Source of the DNA: an uncultured Pseudomonadota bacterium
GTDB taxonomy: Bacteria; Oederibacteriota; Muellerivitia; Muellerivitales; Muellerivitaceae
Assembly (NCBI GenBank): GCA_963770835.1
Contig: CAVYRH010000007.1
Coordinates: forward strand, 64,001 to 128,000
Length of the DNA: 64,000 nt
Direction: 5' to 3'
Shown in pieces: positions 28,286-38,122 of the stretch. The translations under genes and the position numbers were made by a program. Below the pieces are notes generated by a model, which worked only from the letters and a program-made list of their open reading frames with translations, had not been told where the DNA came from and did not search any database. Position 1 is the stretch's first letter. Each line of letters begins with the position of its first letter.

Positions 28286-28864
28286 ATGAAAAAGAAACTA
28301 TGGCTGGTGGCATTGATGACCACTGCGTTGGTTGGTACGGCATTTACGCTTTATGCAGATGATGCCCAGGCCCCCGCAGGAGGGGACGACAAGCCCGGAA
28401 TGGGACAGGGAACGGACCCTGGACCGGACGGTGGCATGATGGGCGGGGACCACATGGACAAGATGAAGGAGAAACTGGGGTTGAGCGACGACCAAGCGGC
28501 CAAGCTCAAAGACCTGTTCAAGAGCCAAATGGAAGCCAACAAACCCCTTCGGGACCAGATGAAGATCGACATGGACACCCTCCAACAAAAGGTGGATATG
28601 AAGGCTTCGGATGGCGACATCAAGAAGCTATTAGATAAGCTGGATTCCGAAAACAAGGAAATGCAGGCAAGCCGCGACAAGATGAAAGATCAATTGCGGT
28701 CGATTCTCACCCCCACCCAGCAAGCCAAGATGGTGCTTGGCATGCGCAAAATGGGAATGGGGATGATGAATCGTTGGAAGGGTCACAATGGATGGAAAAA
28801 GGACGGCAAAAGCGGTGATGACAAGAGCCAGCCCGCGCCAAGTGGGAATGGGGACAACACTTAA
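28286..28864 (+). CDS. Spy/CpxP-family periplasmic chaperone-like protein
   Basis: Signal peptide; LGLSDDQ and ILTPTQQ (LTxxQ) motifs; Met-rich. Confidence 0.85.
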   Translation: MKKKLWLVALMTTALVGTAFTLYADDAQAPAGGDDKPGMGQGTDPGPDGGMMGGDHMDKMKEKLGLSDDQAAKLKDLFKSQMEANKPLRDQMKIDMDTLQQKVDMKASDGDIKKLLDKLDSENKEMQASRDKMKDQLRSILTPTQQAKMVLGMRKMGMGMMNRWKGHNGWKKDGKSGDDKSQPAPSGNGDNT

Positions 28865-28892
28865 TCGATCAACACCTCAACCACGCCGACCG

Positions 28893-28931
28893 AAAGCCGC
28901 TCCCGGATTAACCCTCCGGGGCGGCTTTTTT
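28893..28931 (+). terminator. Intrinsic terminator
   Basis: AAAGCCGCTCCCGGA-TTAACCC-TCCGGGGCGGCTTTTTT. Confidence 0.75.
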
Positions 28932-28988
28932 ATTGGGGGGTGAGGTATGATGAGCTCGCTAATATTTTTCATTTTATGGAGCGGGTAG

Positions 28989-30722
28989 ATGAATTCAAAA
29001 TCTCTTTGGCAAACCGCCTGGCCCCCGGTGATAGCCGGGTTATGGTTGGTGACTGCACCAGGTTTCTGGCTCGGCAAAATCATGCCTTCGTCGGGCTTCG
29101 AGCCTTGGTCCGGTTCCGGGGCCTTTTGGTTTTGGGGCGCCAGCCTTGTGCTATTGGCAGCATCGGTTTTTGTCCTTTTTTGGTTGTGGAAGAAATCCTT
29201 TCCGAAATCTCTAAAGAAGAAAAAAGGCTTTCAGCCCCTCGCAAGTTCTATCCTTTCGTTTTTGTTCTTCGTGGTTCTGGGTTATGTCGTCAGCGGCTAT
29301 TTCTGGCGGTACATGGGGCAGATAGCCCTGGACAGAGCCCAAAGAGACGTCCAGGACGCTGGGTATAGCCTGACGCTCCCGGCCAATGCGCCCGTCCTGC
29401 CGGATGACCAAAACGCTGTCGTTCTCATCAATGAAGCCTGGAACTCGCCTTCCATGCGAAAATTTGGTGCGCTCACGGCCATTTATGACGATCCCGCGCC
29501 CAACGGCCGGTTCGCCGACAACACCCGTAAATACGGACATCTTAAAAACCAGCCCAACCTGACCAACCAGCCTTTTTTCGGCAAGATGGCCGAGGATGAC
29601 TTCGTGATTTATTTCAACCACCAAGCCTCACTGGGCCTGGTGACGGCCACGGAAAAAGTCTATGCCCATAAGTTGTTGAAGGAACACGAGGATGCCTTCC
29701 GGCTGATCGACGCTGCTTTTCAGGATAAGGGCGTGGATTGGGGAATCGACTGGAACCACAAACCCTCCTGGGAAAGGGCCGTGCCCCAGTTTGCGCATTT
29801 ATTTTCCTTGGCTCGCCTAATATGTTTTCGGGCAACTGCACAAGCCATGGAGGGCGACGCGAGAGGCGCGGTCCACAGCTTCGAGGAGGGGTTCCTCTTG
29901 GCGGATATTGCAGGACAAGTCCATGACTTGATCGGATGTATGATCAGCGCGCCTGTGGCGGGAATGATGACGGCTCCAGCCCGGCGGGCCCTGCCGCTTT
30001 TGGAGGTAAAAGGGGAAGGGGGGATGGAGCTTCTTCCTTTCATTCGACCGGATAGGATCAAAACTGAATATTTTGCTGCCATGCAAAGAGACGTTTTTGG
30101 ATCTTTTTTATCGGATTTCGACCAATTCGGTTGGTGGGGATACGCAACCCTGGATGGGGATAAAACCAATGCCTTGAATAAACTTGTGGGGATCATCTAT
30201 TGGCCCTTTTTGTTATTTGACCAGGCTTCGCAATATGAATATGGCATTCAATATATGAATGCCCTCAAGATGAGTCCGGGTGCCGGTGACCGTGTCATTG
30301 ACGGTTATAGGAATAAATTATGGTTGTTTGGCTTAATTGCCGGGCCCCGTTTTTCCCAAATGGCAGAGAAAACGAACGAAGCTTGTACCAAGTGTGATTT
30401 ATTACAGATTTGTATAGGGATGCATTCATACCATCAAAAACATCACCGCTGGCCGGCCTCATCCGAAGAACTGGAACAGGCTATGGTGGATAGTGGGGCT
30501 GCATCTGGAGCTCGTGGCGTTCCCGAAGTCGAGGTCACCAGTGCTTTTGTCGCTGGTGCCAAAAGTCCAGAGGGGAATAACGTCATCATGGCCAAAAAGG
30601 GCGAAGCCCCCGCGGGAAGCGGCACGGGTTGGCTCTACGACAGCGATTCCGGTAAGGTTTATGTCAACAGCACGGTGAAAGATTCAAAAGCAGTTCCTTA
30701 TTCATTCTATGGTTTCGAGTAG
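28989..30722 (+). CDS. Hypothetical membrane protein with a C-terminal pilin/GspG-like globular segment
   Basis: Three N-terminal TMs; YHQKHHRWPASSEEL...GWLYDSDSGKVYVN. Confidence 0.6.
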   Translation: MNSKSLWQTAWPPVIAGLWLVTAPGFWLGKIMPSSGFEPWSGSGAFWFWGASLVLLAASVFVLFWLWKKSFPKSLKKKKGFQPLASSILSFLFFVVLGYVVSGYFWRYMGQIALDRAQRDVQDAGYSLTLPANAPVLPDDQNAVVLINEAWNSPSMRKFGALTAIYDDPAPNGRFADNTRKYGHLKNQPNLTNQPFFGKMAEDDFVIYFNHQASLGLVTATEKVYAHKLLKEHEDAFRLIDAAFQDKGVDWGIDWNHKPSWERAVPQFAHLFSLARLICFRATAQAMEGDARGAVHSFEEGFLLADIAGQVHDLIGCMISAPVAGMMTAPARRALPLLEVKGEGGMELLPFIRPDRIKTEYFAAMQRDVFGSFLSDFDQFGWWGYATLDGDKTNALNKLVGIIYWPFLLFDQASQYEYGIQYMNALKMSPGAGDRVIDGYRNKLWLFGLIAGPRFSQMAEKTNEACTKCDLLQICIGMHSYHQKHHRWPASSEELEQAMVDSGAASGARGVPEVEVTSAFVAGAKSPEGNNVIMAKKGEAPAGSGTGWLYDSDSGKVYVNSTVKDSKAVPYSFYGFE

Positions 30723-30759
30723 GAAACGGAAAAGTTTTACCTGCCATGGGGAGGCCTTA

Positions 30760-32133
30760 GTGCCCGTTTTTGAAAAACAATCTCGTATCGAAGCACCCGT
30801 CAAGGAGTTGTTCAACTGGCATAATCGGCCCCACGCCTTCGAACGGCTGACGCCTCCCTGGGAAAAGGTAAAGGTGGTTGAGCGGCAAGGCGGCATCCAG
30901 GACGGTGGGAAGGTTGTCCTGGAAATGCAGCAGGGCCCTTTCCGGCACCGATGGGTGGCCGTGCATGGGGACTACGTAGAGGGGAACCAGTTCGTCGACG
31001 AACAGGTGCAGGGGCCCTTCGCCAAGTGGGTGCACACCCACCGCATGCTGCCCGAAACCGAAACCACCAGCCTGCTGAACGACCACATCGAGTACCGCCC
31101 GCCCCTGGGATTTTTGGGGGAAGCGGCGGCGGGTGGTTATCTGCGCAAAAAATTAGACCGCCTCTTTGCCTTCCGCCATGCCCGCACCCAAAACGACCTG
31201 AAACGCTACCACCCTTACGCCCAACAGTCCCCCTTGAAAATCGCCATAACCGGCGCCTCGGGCCTGATCGGGTCCGCACTGACCACGTTCCTTTCCTGTG
31301 CGGGAAACGAAATGAAAACCCTCGTGCGCCGCAGGCCTCAATTGGAAAGTCCTGAGATCTTCTGGGACCCCTATCACCAGGAACTGGATAAAGCTTCCAT
31401 GGAAAGCCTGGATGCGGTGGTCCATTTGGCCGGCGAAAACATCGGCGGGAGACCGTGGACCAGCCGGCGGAAAGACGAAATCCAGAACAGCCGGGTGAAA
31501 GGCACCCGGTTCCTTTGTGAGACACTGGCCTCCCTGAAACACCCCCCAAAAACATTGCTTTGCTCGTCGGCCATCGGCTTCTACGGAAACCGGGGAGAGG
31601 AAACCCTTACGGAGGAAAGTACCCGTGGCGAGGGGTTCCTACCCGAAGTCTGCCAGGTTTGGGAAGAGGCCACAGAGCCGGCCCGGAAGGCCGGCATCCG
31701 GGTAGTGAACGTTCGAACGGGGATTGTCTTGACCTCCTTGGGCGGTGCCTTGGCCAAAATGCTTACGCCGTTTCAAATGGGGGCCGGTGGAATCATCGGA
31801 GCGGGGAACCAATGGATGAGCTGGATTTCGATGGAGGACCTGCTGGGTGTTTATCACTACCTGATTCACACCGAAGGGCTTTCGGGCCCCGTTAATGCCA
31901 CTGCGCCCAACCCCGTCACGAACAGAACATTTACTAAAATCCTGGGAAAGACCCTGGGGAGGCCCACCCTTTTCCCCTTACCCGGCTTTATGGTGAAGGC
32001 TCTTTTCGGCGAGATGGGTCAGGCGCTTCTTTTGGAAGGCCAAAAGGTCCAACCCGCGAAACTGGCCGCTTCCAGGTTTTCCTTCCTTTACCCCGATTTG
32101 GAATCCGCACTTCGCTGGGAATTGGGGCGATAG
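30760..32133 (+). CDS. SRPBCC domain fused to a TIGR01777/YfcH-like NAD-dependent epimerase
   Basis: GTG start after GGAGG; AFERLTPPW, GPFAKWVHTH; IAITGASGLIG, HLAGENI, GPVNATAP. Confidence 0.88.
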   Translation: MPVFEKQSRIEAPVKELFNWHNRPHAFERLTPPWEKVKVVERQGGIQDGGKVVLEMQQGPFRHRWVAVHGDYVEGNQFVDEQVQGPFAKWVHTHRMLPETETTSLLNDHIEYRPPLGFLGEAAAGGYLRKKLDRLFAFRHARTQNDLKRYHPYAQQSPLKIAITGASGLIGSALTTFLSCAGNEMKTLVRRRPQLESPEIFWDPYHQELDKASMESLDAVVHLAGENIGGRPWTSRRKDEIQNSRVKGTRFLCETLASLKHPPKTLLCSSAIGFYGNRGEETLTEESTRGEGFLPEVCQVWEEATEPARKAGIRVVNVRTGIVLTSLGGALAKMLTPFQMGAGGIIGAGNQWMSWISMEDLLGVYHYLIHTEGLSGPVNATAPNPVTNRTFTKILGKTLGRPTLFPLPGFMVKALFGEMGQALLLEGQKVQPAKLAASRFSFLYPDLESALRWELGR

Positions 32134-32146
32134 GGTAAGTCGGATT

Positions 32147-33394
32147 TCAGAAAGCCGGTTTCAGTTTGTCGAGAGATTTCAAACCGGCCATTTCCGGCCA
32201 GATCCGCAGGACCGCCAAAACCACCAGGATACTCGCCACCCCTCCCAACACCACCGAAGGCACTAACCCTAGGAGAGAGGCCGCAACCCCCGATTCAAAT
32301 CCCCCCAGTTCGTTGGAAGAACTGATGAAGATGGAACTTACGGCGGTGACCCGGCCCCGCATGGAATCCGGAGTCAAGACCTGGACCAAGGTTTGGCGCA
32401 CGATGACGCTGACAAGGTCCAGGGCGCCGGCCGCCAGCAAGGCCAGGAAGGAAAGCCAGAACCACCGGGATACTCCGAAGACGATGATGGCCGCGCCAAA
32501 GCCTGAAACCGCCCAAAGCAACGCCGGCCCCGCTTTCTTCATGGGCGCACGATGAGCCATGAGGATCGAGGTGAGGAAAGCCCCCAGTGGGATGGCGGCC
32601 TGCAGACAGCCCATGCCGAAGGACCCGCAATGCAGGATTTTGTCCGCGAAGGCGGGCAACATGGCCATGGCGCCCCCGAAAAGCACCACGAAAAGATCCA
32701 TCGTAATAGTGGCCAGGATTAATTTGGTTTTCCAGACAAACCCCAGGCCCGCTCGCAGGGATTGGAGGCCAATCGGTTCGCCTTTGGACTTTGCTGCGGA
32801 TTGGCGAATGGCCCCATAGCTCAGGAGCACGGCCAGCTCCAGGGTTGCCACCAGGAAACAGGAATTGGAAAAACCGATCAAGGCATAAAGCATTCCGCCC
32901 AGGGCTGGACCCGCCACCATGCCCATCTGGTTGACGTTGCTGTTCCAGGTGATGGCGTTGGTGAAATGCTCCCTGGGAACCATGTGGACGAGCAGGGCCC
33001 GACGGGCGGGTTCGTTGAAGGCCCGGGTAAGGCCGGTCAAAAAGAGAAGGCCGTACATGAGGGGGAGGGGCGTGGAGGACCGGGAAGAGAGGGCCAGCCC
33101 CGCCGCGCACAAGCCGAAGAGCAGGGTGCCGATGAGTACGATGACCTTGCGGTTGTGGCGGTCGGCCACCGCGCCACCCGGAAGCATGAAAAGGAAAATG
33201 GGAAGCCAGATGGAAAAGCCGATGAAGCCCAGGGCCAGGGTGGAATGGGTTCTTTGGAAGATTTCCCATCCCACCAGGACGCGCAACATCTGCTCGCCGA
33301 TCTCGGCGAAGAAGAGGCCGAGGGTGTAGAAACGGTAGTTGGGATACCGGAAGGCGGCGTAGGGATTGTGACGGGTTTTCACGGGGGTCGGCAT
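32147..33394 (-). CDS. MFS transporter (MFS_3/EntS-like)
   Basis: About 12 TMs; GGAVADRHNRK; SSNELGGFESG. Confidence 0.9.
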   Translation of the reverse strand: MPTPVKTRHNPYAAFRYPNYRFYTLGLFFAEIGEQMLRVLVGWEIFQRTHSTLALGFIGFSIWLPIFLFMLPGGAVADRHNRKVIVLIGTLLFGLCAAGLALSSRSSTPLPLMYGLLFLTGLTRAFNEPARRALLVHMVPREHFTNAITWNSNVNQMGMVAGPALGGMLYALIGFSNSCFLVATLELAVLLSYGAIRQSAAKSKGEPIGLQSLRAGLGFVWKTKLILATITMDLFVVLFGGAMAMLPAFADKILHCGSFGMGCLQAAIPLGAFLTSILMAHRAPMKKAGPALLWAVSGFGAAIIVFGVSRWFWLSFLALLAAGALDLVSVIVRQTLVQVLTPDSMRGRVTAVSSIFISSSNELGGFESGVAASLLGLVPSVVLGGVASILVVLAVLRIWPEMAGLKSLDKLKPAF

Positions 33395-33432
33395 AGGAGC
33401 CGCATTGTAGCTTCCGCACGGAAAAATTTAAA

Positions 33433-33596
33433 TTGTTGTCCTTGCGAGGAATAGCCGCCGAATAGGCGGCTGTTTATGACGAAGCAACCTCAGTTCCAAA
33501 AAATAACATCTTTTTGGAAAAGACTTATTTAAACTGGGGTTGCTTCGGGCAGAACCGGTCCCCTATTCGGGGACCAAGCCCTCGCAATGACAGCAA
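33433..33596. repeat. Cruciform palindromic element, copy 2
   Basis: Outer stem TGTCCTTGCGAGG/CCTCGCAATGACA, inner stem GAAGCAACCTCAGTT/AACTGGGGTTGCTTC, side hairpins. Confidence 0.8.
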
Positions 33597-33617
33597 TAAA
33601 GTATTATTTGGAGTTCC

Positions 33618-34436
33618 ATGCCCTTCATCCAAACCGAGCGGGGAAAATTCTTTTACCAGGAATTCAATTCCTCGGGGCCGGTGGTTTACCTTCTCCACGG
33701 CCTGACGGCCAAATCGCAGGATTGGGGAAGCGTTTCCGACCTTCTGGCCAAAATGGGCTTTCATGTTTTCGCTTTTGACATGCGCGGGCACGGCCAGTCG
33801 GACAAGCCCGAATCAGGCTATACCCCCGAAGACCACGCGAAGGACATCGAAAGCTGGGCGGAGGCTTTAGGCCACGCCAAAATCCACGTGGTGGGCCATT
33901 CCACGGGGGGACGCAACGCCTTGGTGTTCGCTGCCCTTTTCCCGGAAAGAGCCTTGACGCTGACGATCGTGGACCAGACCCTCACGAAGGATGAGGAAAG
34001 CTGGAAGAAATATTTGAAGCGCTATACCGAATATCCCGTGCCTTTTCCTGATGAGGAAGCCCTGAATCATTTTTTGAGGAAGAAGTTTTCCCGCGACGAA
34101 AGGCGTTTTGTTTATTACAAAGGGCAGTTTTGGAAAACCGACAACGGGGAGTGGAACTGGAATTTTTCCCCCCAGGCCGCCTGGAAGACCCAGAAACTCG
34201 GCCGCGAAAAGGAAGCCTATGAATGGCTGGGTAAGGTGAAATGCCCCGTTTTGTTTATTAAAGGGGGCGACAGCGACTATGTTTCACCTGAGGAAGCCGA
34301 GAAAATCAAAGGTCTTCTGCCACAAGGACGGCTGGTGGTGGTGGAAAAGGCGGAACACGCCGTATTCCGCGACAATCCGGAAGGGTTCTTGAAGGCGCTG
34401 GGGCCTTTTCTCAGGGAAGCCCGCCCGCAGGTTTAA
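33618..34436 (+). CDS. Alpha/beta hydrolase (YbfF-like esterase)
   Basis: LLHGL, DMRGHGQS, GHSTGG nucleophile, GGDSD, AEH. Confidence 0.88.
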   Translation: MPFIQTERGKFFYQEFNSSGPVVYLLHGLTAKSQDWGSVSDLLAKMGFHVFAFDMRGHGQSDKPESGYTPEDHAKDIESWAEALGHAKIHVVGHSTGGRNALVFAALFPERALTLTIVDQTLTKDEESWKKYLKRYTEYPVPFPDEEALNHFLRKKFSRDERRFVYYKGQFWKTDNGEWNWNFSPQAAWKTQKLGREKEAYEWLGKVKCPVLFIKGGDSDYVSPEEAEKIKGLLPQGRLVVVEKAEHAVFRDNPEGFLKALGPFLREARPQV

Positions 34437-34458
34437 CCCCCCGTTTTCCCAAAAACCT

Positions 34459-34486
34459 TTGATTTATTGGCCCTTTTGGGTATACT
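34459..34486 (+). promoter_or_regulatory. sigma70-like promoter for typA
   Basis: TTGATT-N16-TATACT, followed by a hairpin in the leader. Confidence 0.5.
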
Positions 34487-34551
34487 TTCGCTCCCTTGAA
34501 GCCGATTGGCAAACGCCAACCGGCTTCTTATTTTTTACAGCAGAGGTTGTC

Positions 34552-36423
34552 ATGACTTTACGCAGTGACTTACGAAATATCGCCATTATCGCCCATGTCG
34601 ACCATGGCAAGACCACCCTGGTGGACGCCCTGTTCAAACAATCGGGCGTATTCCGCGCCAACGAGCATATGGAAGAACGGGTCATGGATTCCAACGACCT
34701 GGAAAAAGAACGCGGCATCACCATCTTCTCCAAAAACGCCTCGGTCATCTGGAACGGTATCCGGATCAACATCGTGGACACCCCCGGCCACGCGGACTTC
34801 GGCGGGGAAGTGGAGCGCATCCTTTCCATGGTGGACGGCGTTCTTTTGCTGGTGGACGCGGCGGAGGGGCCCCTGCCCCAAACCAAGTTTGTGCTGCGCA
34901 AAAGCCTGGAACAAAACCTGGACGCCATCGTGGTCATCAACAAGATCGACCGCAAGGACGCCCGCCCCCACGAGGTGGTGGACGCGGTCTTGGACCTTTT
35001 TATCGCGCTGGGCGCCAACGAGCACCAGATCGGTTATCCCGTGGTGTACGCCATCGCCCGGGAAGGCAAGGCCACGCTGGACCTAGAAAAGCCCGGCACG
35101 GATTTGAAGCCCCTTTTCGAGACGATCGTGAGCCATTTCAAGCCCGTCGAAGTGGACCTGGACTCGCCCTTCCAGATGCTGGTGACCACCACTTCCTACA
35201 ATGAATACCTGGGCCGCATGGCCGTGGGCCGCGTCAAGCGGGGGAAGATTAAATTGAACGATCCCATCACCCTCATCAAGCTGGACGGCCGCAAGGTCAA
35301 CAACAACGCCACCAAACTTTTTACCTATCAAGGGATCAAGCAGGTTGAGTGCCAGGAAGCCTCGGCGGGGGACATCATCCTCTTGGCGGGCTTAGAAGAC
35401 GTCCAAATCGGTGAAACCGTGGCCTCCACCGCCGCGCCCGAGGCTTTGCCGCCCATCTCCATCGACGAACCCACCATGTCCATGATTTTTTCTGTCAACA
35501 ACAGCCCCTTCGCCGGAAAAGAAGGAAAGTTTGTAACCTCCCGTCACTTGCGCGACCGTTTATATAAAGAAGCGGAAGCCAACCCGACATTGAAAATTAC
35601 CGATACCGAAAGCCCCGATGCCTACAAGGTCGCGGGCCGGGGTGAGTTGCATTTGGGCATCCTGATCGAGACCATGCGCCGTGAGGGATATGAGTTCCAG
35701 GTGTCCCGTCCCCAGGTTATTTTTAAGATGGCGGACGGGAAACTCGAGGAACCTTACGAAAATCTCATCGTCGATATTCCTAATAGCAGCGTCGGTGTGG
35801 CCATGGAAAAATTAGGCGCCCGAAAAGGCGAAATGAAGAACATGACCCCGCTTTCCGAAGTGACCACCCGCATCGAGTTTTTGATCCCTTCCCGATGCCT
35901 CCTGGGTTTCCGTACCGAGTTCATGACCGATACCAAAGGGGAAGGCGTCCTGCACCATGTCTTCGCCGGTTATGGCGAGTTCAAGGGCGAAATCAACGGC
36001 CGCAGCCGCGGCGTGCTGGTGGCCTTCGAGGCCGGTGTTACCGCCGCCTACGGCATGTTCCAATTGGCCGACCGGGGCAAGTTTTTCATCAATCCCCGCA
36101 TGGAAGTTTATGAGGGAATGATCGTGGGGGAACATACTCGCGAAAACGATATTGCCGTCAACCCCTGCAAGACTAAGCACTTGAGCAACATGCGCAGCAA
36201 GTCCTCCGACGAAGCTTTGACCATGGAGCCGCCGACGATTTTCTCGCTGGAACAGTGCCTAGAATACATCCAGGACGACGAGCTTCTGGAAGTGACCCCG
36301 CAGACCCTGCGCATGCGCAAGAAGATCCTCAACAACAACGAGCGCATGAAATCCGAGAAACAGACGGCCAAAAGTTCCGCCAAGCAAATGATGGAAGAAG
36401 CCGCCCGCAACACCAGGGCTTGA
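34552..36423 (+). CDS. typA: Translational GTPase TypA/BipA
   Basis: [51 protein letters not shown]. Confidence 0.97.
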   Translation: MTLRSDLRNIAIIAHVDHGKTTLVDALFKQSGVFRANEHMEERVMDSNDLEKERGITIFSKNASVIWNGIRINIVDTPGHADFGGEVERILSMVDGVLLLVDAAEGPLPQTKFVLRKSLEQNLDAIVVINKIDRKDARPHEVVDAVLDLFIALGANEHQIGYPVVYAIAREGKATLDLEKPGTDLKPLFETIVSHFKPVEVDLDSPFQMLVTTTSYNEYLGRMAVGRVKRGKIKLNDPITLIKLDGRKVNNNATKLFTYQGIKQVECQEASAGDIILLAGLEDVQIGETVASTAAPEALPPISIDEPTMSMIFSVNNSPFAGKEGKFVTSRHLRDRLYKEAEANPTLKITDTESPDAYKVAGRGELHLGILIETMRREGYEFQVSRPQVIFKMADGKLEEPYENLIVDIPNSSVGVAMEKLGARKGEMKNMTPLSEVTTRIEFLIPSRCLLGFRTEFMTDTKGEGVLHHVFAGYGEFKGEINGRSRGVLVAFEAGVTAAYGMFQLADRGKFFINPRMEVYEGMIVGEHTRENDIAVNPCKTKHLSNMRSKSSDEALTMEPPTIFSLEQCLEYIQDDELLEVTPQTLRMRKKILNNNERMKSEKQTAKSSAKQMMEEAARNTRA

Positions 36424-36501
36424 GAGGTCTTTTTTTTAAAACCCTTCCTGTTGAAAAGCCAAAAATAATTTTTTAATTCATGGCACCCCATTGTTGATTT
36501 T

Positions 36502-36547
36502 ACCCATTTCAAGAAGGAATACTTGCGTATTCCTTCTTGAAATGGGT
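36502..36547. other. Perfect 21-bp hairpin with a 4-nt loop
   Basis: ACCCATTTCAAGAAGGAATAC-TTGC-GTATTCCTTCTTGAAATGGGT. Confidence 0.85.
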
Positions 36548-36636
36548 CCGCCGTTTTCACTTCCCTTTTAAACGCCCACAAAACAGATGTGCGACCGAAT
36601 TGTGGGAAGGATTAAAAATTAAAAGGGAGGATCGTC

Positions 36637-37173
36637 ATGAGTAAACCTCAGTTTGGGGATCGTAAATTTGCGGTAAGGGTGCATAAGTTAAATTGGGCCA
36701 CCAGGGAACATTTCGATTTTCGATTGGAATATGAGGGGAAACTCTGGTCCTGGGCATCGTGCGACCCGCCGAATTTGAATCCGTACAGACCAATCAAGCT
36801 TTTTTGGACGAATTATCATCAATTGAAATACCTACTTTCCGATAGAATTATCCCTGAAGGCGTGCCGGGTGCGGGCCCTACTGTTGTTGGGGATAAAGGA
36901 GTTTATAGATTTTTGGACGATGGAACAGGTTATGAACAATTTGCGAGAGGCCATATCAGCATCTATCTTTCGGGTGAACTTCTTAACGGGGCATATTCAT
37001 TGAGGCGAGTTGGCTCGAGGCCAGATGATTGGCTGTGGGTCAAGGGACCGGATAACTACGTTGATTTAACCTTCCGATTTCCGGATGAATTGACTCCGCA
37101 AAAAATCCAAGAATTGGGAAACAAAAACCGGATTAATAACAATTTCCTGCCGTTTCTAGAGGGTTATTCGTGA
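36637..37173 (+). CDS. Standalone LigD 3'-phosphoesterase (PE) domain protein
   Basis: VH...HFDFRLE..GKLWSWA, HQLKY, IPEGVPGAG, DKGVY. Confidence 0.8.
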   Translation: MSKPQFGDRKFAVRVHKLNWATREHFDFRLEYEGKLWSWASCDPPNLNPYRPIKLFWTNYHQLKYLLSDRIIPEGVPGAGPTVVGDKGVYRFLDDGTGYEQFARGHISIYLSGELLNGAYSLRRVGSRPDDWLWVKGPDNYVDLTFRFPDELTPQKIQELGNKNRINNNFLPFLEGYS

Positions 37174-37343
37174 AACCCATAACAGGGTGGATAAAGGGTT
37201 ACACGGCTTTTCATTTGAAATTTCTTCGCATAGAATCTTGGGGCGGCAGGTTGCATGCCGGGTTTGAACGTTGTGAAATAGGCGCATAGGTTTTGTGTCA
37301 GTCTTTTAAACGCTGAGCTTTTCAACTTCAAGGAGGAAAGATT

Positions 37344-37922
37344 ATGAAGAAGCGTAACCTGTTGCTTTTCGCGGCTGGACTGGCCCTGTCGGCTGGAAAT
37401 TTGATGGCGGACCAACCCGCCGCTTCCACGACGCCCGCCGCCGCCCCGGCCACACAAATGGCCCCCAAGCCGGCCAAGGGAGATAGCCCGACCGTCACGG
37501 CGATGAAGGCAGCCAACGCCCTGGAAGCCGCCGGTGATACCGCGGACGCCATCGCGGCTTACGAGAAGATGGGCGTATTGAAATCCAAGAAGATGGAAGC
37601 CTGGAGGCTTAATAACGAAGCCCTGGCTTACCTAGTGGCCGACCAGGCCGACAAAGCCTTGCCGCTCCTGGTAAATGCCACCGCCGCGGACGATTCGAAT
37701 TACGTGGCTTGGAACAACCTGGGCACCGCTTACGAGCAAACGAACGATAATGATAAGGCCAAGGACGCCTACCAGAAAGCCATCGACACGGCCAAGGCCG
37801 CTAATGCGAGCTCAGCCAAGGCCGAGGGAAACCTGGCGGCTTTACAGGCCCGCATGGACGCGACGGGCGGGACCAAGTCTGATGACACGACTAGCGCACC
37901 TGCGTCAACCACTTCGAAGTAA
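37344..37922 (+). CDS. Exported TPR protein
   Basis: SD AGGAGG, signal peptide, AWNNLGTAY. Confidence 0.8.
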   Translation: MKKRNLLLFAAGLALSAGNLMADQPAASTTPAAAPATQMAPKPAKGDSPTVTAMKAANALEAAGDTADAIAAYEKMGVLKSKKMEAWRLNNEALAYLVADQADKALPLLVNATAADDSNYVAWNNLGTAYEQTNDNDKAKDAYQKAIDTAKAANASSAKAEGNLAALQARMDATGGTKSDDTTSAPASTTSK

Positions 37923-37947
37923 GAAACTCTTTTAGCCGGTTTAAATA

Positions 37948-37984
37948 AAAGCCTTGTCCCGCGAAAGTGGGGCAGGGCTTTTTT
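37948..37984. terminator. Intrinsic terminator, probably bidirectional
   Basis: AAAGCCTTGTCCCGC-GAAA-GTGGGGCAGGGCTTTTTT. Confidence 0.75.
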
Positions 37985-38122
37985 ATTTTCCTGCCCCGGG
38001 GTTCAAGGGGGCTGGCACCCTTGGTATTTAATGAGGTACATAGGGGGAGGTTCCCCTATGAGTGTCAGCGGGCAGTGCTTTTTCTCTTTTCCCCCAGGGG
38101 TACAAGGGGGGGGCCTAAGGGA

